A DNA stretch of 64,000 nucleotides from contig JANXBG010000002.1 in the NCBI GenBank assembly GCA_025060715.1, forward strand, positions 11,294 through 75,293, in the 5' to 3' direction. The position numbers were made by a program, and so were the translations under genes. The DNA comes from a candidate division WOR-3 bacterium (GTDB taxonomy: Bacteria; Hydrothermota; Tepidihabitantia; Tepidihabitantales; DTDR01). The stretch's first letter is position 1; the number at the start of each line of letters is the position of its first letter. The notes below the pieces were generated by a model. That model saw only the letters and a list, made by a program, of their open reading frames with translations, did no database searches and had not been told where the DNA came from. Positions 22,392 to 31,505 of the stretch are shown here, piece after piece.

Positions 22392-24056
22392 TTATTCTAA
22401 ACTTTTTAATATTTGTATGCCTTCCTTTGCAACTTTTTTAACTTCGCCATCTTCTTTAGAAAAAGGCCAGGGTCGGGCAATTTTTTTTAAAAGAGGTAGG
22501 GCTTCTTTATCTTTTAATTTTATTAAAGAATTAATTACCTCAATTTTTACTATTGATTCTTCAGAATTTATTGCCTTTCTTAAAATATCAACAGCTCTTT
22601 TGCCCCCAATTTCGGAAATTGCCCAAATTGCCTTTCTTTTTACACTTGTCTCGGGATCTTCAAGCATTTTAATAATTTCTTCAAAAACTTCATCTGCCCT
22701 TAATATTCCTAAAACCTCTAAGGCAGTTGCACGAACAATTGCTAACTCATCTTTTAAAAGCTCTAACATTGTGTTTATAATCTCCTTTCTTTTTTCAATT
22801 GGCGGCAAAGCAACTATTTTGCTGATTGCCAAAGCAGAATGAAATCTAACCAAAGAATTCCGCTCTTTACAAATTTCTAACAAAACTTCAATACTTTCTT
22901 TATTCTTAATATCGCCAAGAATCTCAATAATTTTTATTCTTTTCTCCTCCTCTTTAATTTTTATCAATTCATTAAGCAAAATATTAACGCTTTTTTCACC
23001 CAATTTAGTTAAAGCCCTTTTTGCTAAATCAGCAATTGTTGAATTTGGCGAAGATAATAAATCAAGAAGATAGGAACAGGTTTTCTCACTTTTAATATTT
23101 GCTAAAGCATTTACCGCTGCTATTCGCACATTAATATCTCGGTCATTAAAAAGATTTGCTAAACCTTCAATTGCCCTTTCGTCACCAATTTTTCCTAAGA
23201 TTTCACAAATACAGGTTTTTAAGACAATACTGGGATTATTTAAAAGAGATAATAAAGGATATAAAACAATCTTGCCTTCTTTTATTAATATCTCCATTGC
23301 CTTTAATCTTTTATTTAAATCATCACTCATTAAGGCATTAAGATAAGGAGAAATAATAGCTTCACCAATCATTGTCAATGCTTTAATTGCTGCCTCGCGA
23401 ACAATTTCGGATTCATCATATAAAGAGATATAGGCAAGGGCTTCGCCAGCTTTCTTATCCCCAATCTTTCCTAAAGCTTCACAAGCGGAACTTCTTACCC
23501 AATGGCTTTCATCCTTTAATTTTTCTAAAAGATGAGGAAGGGCTTTCTCATCACCAATCTCACCTAAAGCTGCACAGGCACAGGCTCTTACCCAAAAGTT
23601 GAGATCATAAAGTAATGGAAAGATATTTTCTATTGCCTTTTTGCTTTTCAAAATCCCTAAAGCTTCACAAGCGGAAGTTTTTATTAAAGGGTCTTCATCT
23701 TTTAACAGTTCAATCAAAATATCTTCACTCTCCTTTGCCTCTAATCGGGCTAATAATTGACAAAATATTCTAATTACGGGCTTTTCTATTTTTTTACTTT
23801 CTAAACTTTTTACCTTTTCTCTTTCAATTTTTAACATCTCTAAGATATAAGGCACTACCCTTTTTCCTATTTTCAAAAGTTCTTCGTTGATCTTCTCTCT
23901 AATAATTGTGTTTGTCTCCCTTGCCAAAGTTTCTAGTAAAAGAAAAATTGCCGGTGCTGTTTTCAGAAAGGCCAATTCTTCTATCGCCTTTAATCTTTTA
24001 CTTATTTCTGGATGGAAAAGTTCCCTCTTCAGCCTCTCAATATCATCCATATCCAA
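22392..24056 (-). CDS. HEAT / PBS-lyase repeat protein
   Basis: Many tandem repeats of the form ...ALGEIGDEKALPHLLEKLKDESHWVRSSACEALGKIGD... typical of PBS-lyase HEAT-like repeats; 554 aa. Confidence 0.7.
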   Translation of the reverse strand: MDMDDIERLKRELFHPEISKRLKAIEELAFLKTAPAIFLLLETLARETNTIIREKINEELLKIGKRVVPYILEMLKIEREKVKSLESKKIEKPVIRIFCQLLARLEAKESEDILIELLKDEDPLIKTSACEALGILKSKKAIENIFPLLYDLNFWVRACACAALGEIGDEKALPHLLEKLKDESHWVRSSACEALGKIGDKKAGEALAYISLYDESEIVREAAIKALTMIGEAIISPYLNALMSDDLNKRLKAMEILIKEGKIVLYPLLSLLNNPSIVLKTCICEILGKIGDERAIEGLANLFNDRDINVRIAAVNALANIKSEKTCSYLLDLLSSPNSTIADLAKRALTKLGEKSVNILLNELIKIKEEEKRIKIIEILGDIKNKESIEVLLEICKERNSLVRFHSALAISKIVALPPIEKRKEIINTMLELLKDELAIVRATALEVLGILRADEVFEEIIKMLEDPETSVKRKAIWAISEIGGKRAVDILRKAINSEESIVKIEVINSLIKLKDKEALPLLKKIARPWPFSKEDGEVKKVAKEGIQILKSLE

Positions 24057-24130
24057 ATAATAACTTAAAAAAAAATTTTTGTCAAATAATAAGACAATTG
24101 AACTTTCCTGAGATTTTTATATATTTATAG

Positions 24131-24922
24131 ATGCAAAAAACCTTTTTATCAATAATTACCGTCACTTACAATTCGGAAGAGGTGATTAAAAATTATTTAA
24201 AAGAGGTAAAAAAGATAAAAGAAGCTGAAGTAATTATTGTTGACAATAATTCACAAGATAAAACGAAGAAGATTTTAGAAAAAGAAAAAGTAAAAAAAAT
24301 TTTTTTAAAAAGAAATTATGGCTATGCAAAGGCTAATAATATCGGTTTTAAATATTCGCAAGGGGAAGTTATCTTACTTTTAAATCCTGATGCCTTTCCC
24401 TATTCATTAGATTTAGAAGAGTTAAAGAGGTTAATAAAAGTTTATCCAATAATTGCTCCTTTAATTTTAAGGGATAAAAATAATATTGAAACTTCGGTAA
24501 GGGAGTTTCCTTCTTTATTAGGATTTATCTTTCCCTTTTTATGGAAAAAAAGGATTAATTATCAAAAAAGACAGTTTGTTTCTCAACCAATGTTTTCGGC
24601 AATATTTATAAAAAGAGAAGTCTTTGAAAAGTTAGGAGGTTTTGATGAGAGATTTTTTATCTATTTCACTGATGTGGAATTTATGGAGAGGGCAAGAAGA
24701 AAAAATATAAAACCAATCCTTGTTCCCGAAATTATCTTTTTTCACAATCCAGGAAAATCTTGTAAGAGAAATAAAAAGATAATGGCTTTAAGATATCTTG
24801 ACTGGGCAAGGGGTGCCTCTAAATATTTCTATTTTTATAAAAATCCAATTGAAAAATTTTTAACAATCCCTTTAATCTGGCTTTTTTCAATTTTTAGGTA
24901 TTTTTATATTCTTTTTATTTGA
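24131..24922 (+). CDS. Family 2 glycosyltransferase
   Basis: N-terminus LSIITVTYNSEEVI...VIIVDNNSQD (GT2 DXD-region signature). Confidence 0.7.
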   Translation: MQKTFLSIITVTYNSEEVIKNYLKEVKKIKEAEVIIVDNNSQDKTKKILEKEKVKKIFLKRNYGYAKANNIGFKYSQGEVILLLNPDAFPYSLDLEELKRLIKVYPIIAPLILRDKNNIETSVREFPSLLGFIFPFLWKKRINYQKRQFVSQPMFSAIFIKREVFEKLGGFDERFFIYFTDVEFMERARRKNIKPILVPEIIFFHNPGKSCKRNKKIMALRYLDWARGASKYFYFYKNPIEKFLTIPLIWLFSIFRYFYILFI

Positions 24923-24953
24923 TAAAAAATTTTTTTATTATTAAAATAATAAG

Positions 24954-26351
24954 ATGAAAAAACTTGCTTTAATCAGTGTCTATGATAAAGAAGGAATCGT
25001 TGAATTTGCTAAAGAGTTATCTTCTTTAAATTATCAAATTATTTCTACTTCTAAAACCTATGAAATTCTTAAAAAAGAAAATATAGAAGTAATTGAGATT
25101 AGTGAATATACTGGTTTTAAGGAAATCTTAAAAGGCAGGGTAAAAACTTTACATCCTTTAATCTTTGGTGGTATTTTATCTTTTGGTAAAGAGGAAGAAG
25201 GTATAAAACCAATATCAATGGTTGTCTGTAATCTCTATCCCTTTGAGAAAAATATTTTAAGTAATCTAAAAGAAGAAGAGATGATTGAGTTAATTGACAT
25301 TGGTGGCGTCTCTCTTTTAAGGGCAGGAGCAAAAAATTATCAATATGTAACAACAATCTTTGATAAGAAAGATTACCCAATAGTTATTTCCGAAATTAAA
25401 AAATATGGTGAAGTAAGTTTAGAGTTAAAGAAAAAACTTGCCTATAAGGCATTTAATTATGTAAGTTATTATGATAGTATTATTGCTGAATATTTTAGAA
25501 GATTAAATAAGGAAGAGGTATTTCAAGATTATTTAAGTTTGCCATTAAAAAGTAGTTTAAAATTGCGTTATGGTGAAAATCCCCATCAACTTGGCTTTTA
25601 TTATGAGAACCCTTTTATAAAGAATAATTTTACTTATCTTTGGGGAAAGGAGTTATCTTATAATAATCTTTTGGATATAAATTCAGTTTATAATATTATT
25701 TATGATTTTAATTTTTTAGAATTTAGAGATTATAAACTCTGTTGTATTATAAAGCATAATACCCCTTGTGGTGTTGCTTTGGGAAAAACTCCAAAAGAGG
25801 CATTTGAAAAAGCATTCCTTTCTGACCCAAAATCTGCCTTTGGTGGTATTGTTGGCTTTAATTGTGAAGTTGATAAGGAAACGGCTGAAAAGATTATTGA
25901 TACTCTCTTTTTAGAAGTTATTTCTGCTCCCTCTTTTAGTGAAGAGGCTTTAAATATCTTAAAAAGGAAAAAGAATTTAAGGATTATCAAATTAGAAAAG
26001 AATGAAGATAATTTTGAGATAAGAAATTGTTTAAGTGGTTATCTTTTACAAGAGAAGGATAAAAGAATAGTAAAGAGAGAGGATTTTAAACTGATGACTA
26101 AGAGAATACCAACAGAAAAAGAGTTAAGAGATGCTATCTTTGGTTATTTCTGTGTAAAATATGTGAAATCTAATGGTATTGTTATTGTTAAAGACTTGAT
26201 GACCGTTGGGATTGGCGGTGGTCAGACTTCAAGGGTTGATTCAGTAGAGATTGCGATAAAGAAAAGTGAAGGTAGATGTGAAGGTGGAGTTTTGGCATCA
26301 GATGGCTTTTTCCCTTTTAGAGATTCTATTGATATTGCTGCGAAAACATAA
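24954..26351 (+). CDS. purH: Bifunctional purine biosynthesis protein PurH (AICAR transformylase / IMP cyclohydrolase), main part; 3' end displaced by a frameshift
   Basis: MGS-like N-terminus [19 protein letters not shown] and AICARFT domain; ends prematurely at ...[17 protein letters not shown]. Confidence 0.85.
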   Translation: MKKLALISVYDKEGIVEFAKELSSLNYQIISTSKTYEILKKENIEVIEISEYTGFKEILKGRVKTLHPLIFGGILSFGKEEEGIKPISMVVCNLYPFEKNILSNLKEEEMIELIDIGGVSLLRAGAKNYQYVTTIFDKKDYPIVISEIKKYGEVSLELKKKLAYKAFNYVSYYDSIIAEYFRRLNKEEVFQDYLSLPLKSSLKLRYGENPHQLGFYYENPFIKNNFTYLWGKELSYNNLLDINSVYNIIYDFNFLEFRDYKLCCIIKHNTPCGVALGKTPKEAFEKAFLSDPKSAFGGIVGFNCEVDKETAEKIIDTLFLEVISAPSFSEEALNILKRKKNLRIIKLEKNEDNFEIRNCLSGYLLQEKDKRIVKREDFKLMTKRIPTEKELRDAIFGYFCVKYVKSNGIVIVKDLMTVGIGGGQTSRVDSVEIAIKKSEGRCEGGVLASDGFFPFRDSIDIAAKT

Positions 26352-26466
26352 CATCAAAGTGATTATAGAACCCGGTGGCTCATTAAGAGATGAAGAAGTT
26401 ATAAGAGCTTGCGAAGAAAATAATATCTCTCTCATCTTTACAAATATAAGACATTTCCGCCATTAA
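26266..26466 (+). CDS. purH: PurH C-terminal fragment in the +1 frame
   Basis: ...[39 protein letters not shown] matches the conserved PurH C-terminus (GGS.RD...FTg.RHFrH); joins the upstream frame if one A of the aaaa run at 26343-26346 is removed. Confidence 0.8.
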   Translation: MKVDVKVEFWHQMAFSLLEILLILLRKHNIKVIIEPGGSLRDEEVIRACEENNISLIFTNIRHFRH

Positions 26467-26580
26467 TTTAAGTTTCTAAAATATCTTATATACTATCTAC
26501 TATACTGCCCCTATTATAATAAAAAGAATATCCCTCTTGTTCTTAGAGAGTAGTTTTAAGAAGATATTTAAAGAAATTAT

Positions 26581-26898
26581 TTATTTATCTTTTAATAAAA
26601 GAAAATATAACTCCTTTAATACCTCTTCTTTCAGTTTATTTCTTAATATCTCTCTTTTAATTAAACTCTCAATCTCTGAAAGTCTCCTTTTCTTTATCAA
26701 TTTATAAACCCTTCTCAAAAAGTTTAGGTAGCCAGTATAGAAAGTCTCAGGGATAAAATAATCTTTTAGAATTTTCTTTAAATCTTCTTCATATTTTAGG
26801 AGTTTTTTCATTTGGTAATAATATTTATAGGTTGATTTTGGATATTCACAACCAAAAGAGAAGTAATATTTCTTAACCATTCTTTTTAGATTTCTCAT
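26581..26898 (-). CDS. Hypothetical basic protein (105 aa), second gene of the pair
   Basis: Lys/Arg/Tyr-rich ORF translationally coupled to the upstream ORF; no recognisable domain. Confidence 0.4.
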   Translation of the reverse strand: MRNLKRMVKKYYFSFGCEYPKSTYKYYYQMKKLLKYEEDLKKILKDYFIPETFYTGYLNFLRRVYKLIKKRRLSEIESLIKREILRNKLKEEVLKELYFLLLKDK

Positions 26899-27257
26899 AA
26901 GATAATGCCAAAAATATCAACCCTTAATTTCTCCATAATCTCTTTATTTAATCCTTTGGCTTCCCATTTAGCCTCGGTAATAGCAATAAGTTTTAATAAC
27001 ATAATGCCACTGTATTTATTAGTAAGTTTCCAAACTTCTCGGACATAAGAGAAATAAGAAATATATTGAACCGGTATCGTATTAGGATGGCTATCAATAA
27101 TCGCTTTTATCCTAGCATCTAAAGAAGCAAGTTCCTCATATTTTGGAATAACATTTTCAATCATTTGTTCTTTTAATTCCTCATACCTTTTTTTATTAAT
27201 CTCTGGGTCTAATTTTTTAATATATTTATTTATTCTTTGATAAGCATCTCTTATCAT
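26895..27257 (-). CDS. Hypothetical protein (120 aa), first gene of an overlapping small two-gene operon
   Basis: ORF with no recognisable motif; stop overlaps the start of the next ORF by 4 nt (ATGA). Confidence 0.45.
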   Translation of the reverse strand: MIRDAYQRINKYIKKLDPEINKKRYEELKEQMIENVIPKYEELASLDARIKAIIDSHPNTIPVQYISYFSYVREVWKLTNKYSGIMLLKLIAITEAKWEAKGLNKEIMEKLRVDIFGIIL

Positions 27258-27376
27258 AATCTCCTCCTTTTTAGTTTATATTTTCCTTTATATATATAAC
27301 GAAAAAACACCCCCTGAGGTTACACTTTTTTTAAAATATTAATTGATTTTTCTATTTTATAAGTTATTATTTCTAA

Positions 27377-28285
27377 ATGATTTTCTTTTTAATTTTTAAT
27401 CTCTTTTATGATGCGGGAAAAACGGGTGCCAATTTTTTAAAATTGAGTATTGGTGCCCGAGCAACCGCAATGGGCGCTACTTATACCGCAATCACTGATG
27501 ATTGTGATGCCATATTTTATAACCCAAGCACCACTGGCCTTTTTAACTCCTTTGATTTCTCTTTAATGTTTCTCAATCTTTATAATAAAATCAACTACTC
27601 TTCATTAAGCACCTCTTTACCTATTAATAATTTTAGTTTGGGAATTGGTGTCTCTTTGTTATCTTTTACCGATGAGAAATTAATTGGACCAGGTAAAATT
27701 GTTGGTAAATATAGTTGTAATGATATCTTATTTCTTTTAAATCTCTCTTTTAATTTATATAAGAAATTTGCCTTAGGAACAAATTTAAAATATGTTGCTT
27801 CTAAATATGATAATTATTATGCCTATTCTTTGGCAACCGATTTAGGAGTAATTTTCAAAATCTTTGATAATCTTAATCTTGGTGCTTCCCTTTTACATTT
27901 AGGAACAAAAAGAAGATTTATAAGTTATAAAGAGATGTTGCCATTAAATTTAAGAATTGGTATAAGTTATAAAATCTTTTTCACCAAAAAAATTATTACC
28001 ACTCTCGCCTCTGATTTATCAACCTATATTGACCAATTGCCCAGTTTTGGTGTCGGTGGTGAAGTGTTATTAAAAGGGATAAGAAAAGAAAAAGAACATT
28101 TTGCTTTGCGGATAGGTTATCGGACAAATGAAAAGATTGGCACTTTTAGTGGCTTTTCCTTAGGTTTTGGTTATATTTATCAATTTTTGGAAAATATCTT
28201 TTTATCAATTGATTTAACCTATTTAGATTATGGTTATCTTGGTTTTTCCGAAAGGGTTTCTTTAACTTTTAAATATTTATATTGA
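27377..28285 (+). CDS. PorV/PorQ-family T9SS-associated outer-membrane beta-barrel protein
   Basis: N-terminal motif GANFLKLSIGARATAMGATYTAITDDCDAIFYNPS matches the PorV/UPF0164-type signature (G.xFLKi..gARa.gMGgA.tA..dDa.A..wNPagl); ends in an aromatic residue. Confidence 0.6.
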   Translation: MIFFLIFNLFYDAGKTGANFLKLSIGARATAMGATYTAITDDCDAIFYNPSTTGLFNSFDFSLMFLNLYNKINYSSLSTSLPINNFSLGIGVSLLSFTDEKLIGPGKIVGKYSCNDILFLLNLSFNLYKKFALGTNLKYVASKYDNYYAYSLATDLGVIFKIFDNLNLGASLLHLGTKRRFISYKEMLPLNLRIGISYKIFFTKKIITTLASDLSTYIDQLPSFGVGGEVLLKGIRKEKEHFALRIGYRTNEKIGTFSGFSLGFGYIYQFLENIFLSIDLTYLDYGYLGFSERVSLTFKYLY

Positions 28286-28315
28286 AAATAGAAGTTCTTT
28301 AAATAAAATTAGAAA

Positions 28316-29053
28316 ATGAAAGGTGTTGTCCTTGCTGGTGGTTTAGGAACAAGGTTATATCCTTTAACAAAAGTAACTAATAAACATCTTCTACCGGTCT
28401 ATAACCAGCCGATGATTTTTTTTCCAATTAAAAAATTGGTATCTGCAGGGATTGAAGATATTTTGATTGTTACTGGTGGAAATAATGCCGGTGATTTTTT
28501 AAGATTATTAGGCAATGGAAAAGAATTTGGTTTAAAGAGATTACATTATACTTATCAAGAAGGAGAGACCGGCATTGCTGCTGCCTTAGCCTTGGCAGAA
28601 GATTTTGCGGATGGCGATAAACTGGTGGTTATCCTTGGTGATAATATCTTTGAAGAGGATATTAAAGAATATGTGGAAAAGTTTGAAAAGCAAGAAAAAG
28701 GAGCAAAGATTTTCTTAAAGGAGGTAAAAAATCCAGAAAGGTTTGGGGTGCCGGTTTTTGAGAATGGTAAAATAATAAGAATTGAAGAGAAGCCAGAAAT
28801 ACCAAAATCACCTTATGCCGTTACCGGAATTTATATGTATGATAATCAAGTATTTGATATAATAAAAACTTTAAAACCTTCCAAAAGAGGAGAATTGGAG
28901 ATTACCGATGTGAATAATAGATATTTAGAAAAGGGAGAACTTACTTATGAGATTTTAAAAGGTTGGTGGGCCGATGCTGGTACCTCCTTTGAAGCCTATT
29001 ATCGGGCAATAAGTTTAGTAAGAGAGATGTATTTAAAGGGAAAAAATGAATAG
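28316..29053 (+). CDS. Sugar-phosphate nucleotidyltransferase (glucose-1-phosphate thymidylyl/uridylyltransferase-like)
   Basis: N-terminus MKGVVLAGGLGTRLYPLTKVTNKHLLPVYNQPMIFFPI typical of RmlA-like NTP-transferases; 245 aa. Confidence 0.75.
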   Translation: MKGVVLAGGLGTRLYPLTKVTNKHLLPVYNQPMIFFPIKKLVSAGIEDILIVTGGNNAGDFLRLLGNGKEFGLKRLHYTYQEGETGIAAALALAEDFADGDKLVVILGDNIFEEDIKEYVEKFEKQEKGAKIFLKEVKNPERFGVPVFENGKIIRIEEKPEIPKSPYAVTGIYMYDNQVFDIIKTLKPSKRGELEITDVNNRYLEKGELTYEILKGWWADAGTSFEAYYRAISLVREMYLKGKNE

Positions 29054-31505
29054 AAAAGAAGAAGTCTATCTATTAGATGGCCATTCCTTAGTTTTTCGTT
29101 CTTATTATGCTTTTATTAGAAACCCCCTGAGAAATTCTCGGGGTGAAAATACTTCTGCCATTTTTGGTTTTGTTAATACTTTAAGAAAGATTTTAAAAGA
29201 AAGAAAGCCAAAATATCTTGCCTGTGTTTTTGATTCTAAGGCTCCAACCTTTCGGCATAAAATATATTTAGAATATAAAAAGATAAGACCCGAAGCACCC
29301 AGCGATTTAAGATACCAAATTCCAGTTATAAAAGAGATCTGTCAGGCTTACGGAATAAAGGTAATAGAAATTTCCGGTTATGAGGCGGATGATGTGCTTT
29401 GCACCTTAGCAAAAAGATTGAAAAATATGGGATATAAGGTTTATATTGTTGCTACTGATAAAGATTTATTTCCGATTGTTGATGAGGATATTATTGTTTA
29501 TGATACTTATAGAGAGATTTTTTTTGATCGGGAAAAGATAAAAGAAAAGTATGGTATTGAGCCGGAAAAGATAGGAGATTATCTTGCCTTAGTGGGTGAT
29601 AAGATTGATAATATTCCTGGAGTAAAAGGAATTGGTGAAAAAACAGCAATTGAGATTTTAAAAAGATACGGTAATTTAGAAAAAGCCTTAAAAGAAGATA
29701 TCAGATTGAAAGGAAAAGAGGAGGAGATTTTATTTTCTAAAAAATTGGTTAATCTAAGAGAAGATGTGCCAATTGAATTTTCTATAAAAGATTTGGAAAT
29801 AAAAAATAAAGATAATAAAAAACTTCTCGCAATCTTTAAAGAACTGGGATTTAAAACCTTTCTTAGCGATTTTGAAGAAGATAAGATTGATATTGAAAAG
29901 TCAATAAAAATAACTAATGATATATCCCAATTGGAAATAGAAGATAATTTTGCCTTTTTAATAACCGAAGAAAAGGTTTATATTGGTAATAAAAAAGGTA
30001 TCTATGAAGGAAGTTTAACAAATTTAAAAGAACTTTTTTTAAGCAATAAGGAGAAGATTACCTATGATTTAAAAGAGCAATATAAGTATTTAGAGGATTT
30101 AGAATTAAAAAATATTTTTGATATTAAAATTGCTGCTTATCTTTTAGAACCCGAAAGAAAAAGGTTTCTTTTAGAAGATTTAATTTTATCTTATCTAAAA
30201 ATCCTTAAAAAAAGCGTTTCACCTAAAGAAGGGGTTTATTATATTTATTTACTATACCAACAACTTTTACCCGAAATACTTATAAGGAATTTAAGTGATC
30301 TTTTTTATAATATTGAAATGCCTCTAATCGCTTGCCTTTATCGCATGGAAAAGAGAGGAATAAAAATTGATATAGAATTTTTTAGACAATTAGCAAAAGA
30401 ATTAGAAAGAGAAATTTTTTCTTTACAGAAAGAGATTTATAAATTAACGGGCTTAGTATTCAATCTTAATTCTCCAAAACAACTATCTGAGGTTTTATTT
30501 GACAAATTAAAATTACCAATTCCTAAAGGAAAAGGGAGGTCCACTGCTTCCGAAGTTTTGCTTGAACTTCTTCCCTATTCACCGGTGATTGAAAAGATTT
30601 TACGTTATCGAGAATTGAATAAAATTTTAACTACCTATTTAAAACCTTTTCCTGAGATGTGTGATAAAAACCATCGGCTCCATACCTATTTTGATCAAAC
30701 AAAAGCAGCTACTGGTAGATTAACCTCTCTTTCACCTAACTTACAAAATATTCCTATTCGTGGTGAATTGGGGCAGAAAATTAGAGAGGGCTTTATTTGT
30801 GAAGAAGGGTATAAATTGATTTCGGCTGATTATTCCCAAATTGAATTGAGAATTTTAGCCCATATTACGGAAGATAAAAACTTAATAGATATCTTTTTAG
30901 AAGATAAAGATATCCATACCGCAACAGCTGCTAAGATTTTTAGGGTAAAAGAAGAAGAGGTAAAAGAGGATATGAGAAGATTTGCAAAAATAGTAAATTA
31001 TGGTCTTATTTACGGAATGAGTGATTATGGTCTTGCAGAAAGTTTAAGATTAAAAAAAGAGGAAGCAAAGGAGTTTATGGAGAATTATTTGAATAATTTT
31101 CCCAGAGTAAAAGAATGGCAAAAAGAGGTTATAGAGAAAGCAAAAGAGGAAGGTTTTACCAAAACTATTTTAGGAAGGCCAAGGTATTTTCCTAATTTGT
31201 TAGCACCCAATAAAACTTTATATGAACAGGCCAAAAGACAAGCAATCAATGCTCCTATTCAAGGAAGCGCGGCAGATATAATTAAAAAGGCAATGATTGA
31301 GGTTGATAAAAAGCTAAGAGAAAATAACTTTAATATTGGTTTAATTTTAACTATCCACGATGAACTTTTATTTGAAATAGAAGAAGAGCGAATAGAAGAA
31401 GCAAAAGAGATTATTAAAAAGACAATGGAAAATGTTTATCCTTTAAAGGTGCCCTTAAAAGTAAATATTGGTATTGGTAAAAATTGGGCTTTAGCCCATC
31501 CTTAA
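29046..31505 (+). CDS. polA: DNA polymerase I (5'-3' exonuclease domain plus family A polymerase domain)
   Basis: N-terminal 5'-3' exonuclease/FEN motifs (LLDGHSLVFRSYYAF, HhH region) and family A polymerase motifs (DYSQIELRILAH, RRFAKIVNYGLIYG, HDELLFE); 819 aa; overlaps the upstream gene by 8 nt. Confidence 0.9.
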   Translation: MNRKEEVYLLDGHSLVFRSYYAFIRNPLRNSRGENTSAIFGFVNTLRKILKERKPKYLACVFDSKAPTFRHKIYLEYKKIRPEAPSDLRYQIPVIKEICQAYGIKVIEISGYEADDVLCTLAKRLKNMGYKVYIVATDKDLFPIVDEDIIVYDTYREIFFDREKIKEKYGIEPEKIGDYLALVGDKIDNIPGVKGIGEKTAIEILKRYGNLEKALKEDIRLKGKEEEILFSKKLVNLREDVPIEFSIKDLEIKNKDNKKLLAIFKELGFKTFLSDFEEDKIDIEKSIKITNDISQLEIEDNFAFLITEEKVYIGNKKGIYEGSLTNLKELFLSNKEKITYDLKEQYKYLEDLELKNIFDIKIAAYLLEPERKRFLLEDLILSYLKILKKSVSPKEGVYYIYLLYQQLLPEILIRNLSDLFYNIEMPLIACLYRMEKRGIKIDIEFFRQLAKELEREIFSLQKEIYKLTGLVFNLNSPKQLSEVLFDKLKLPIPKGKGRSTASEVLLELLPYSPVIEKILRYRELNKILTTYLKPFPEMCDKNHRLHTYFDQTKAATGRLTSLSPNLQNIPIRGELGQKIREGFICEEGYKLISADYSQIELRILAHITEDKNLIDIFLEDKDIHTATAAKIFRVKEEEVKEDMRRFAKIVNYGLIYGMSDYGLAESLRLKKEEAKEFMENYLNNFPRVKEWQKEVIEKAKEEGFTKTILGRPRYFPNLLAPNKTLYEQAKRQAINAPIQGSAADIIKKAMIEVDKKLRENNFNIGLILTIHDELLFEIEEERIEEAKEIIKKTMENVYPLKVPLKVNIGIGKNWALAHP

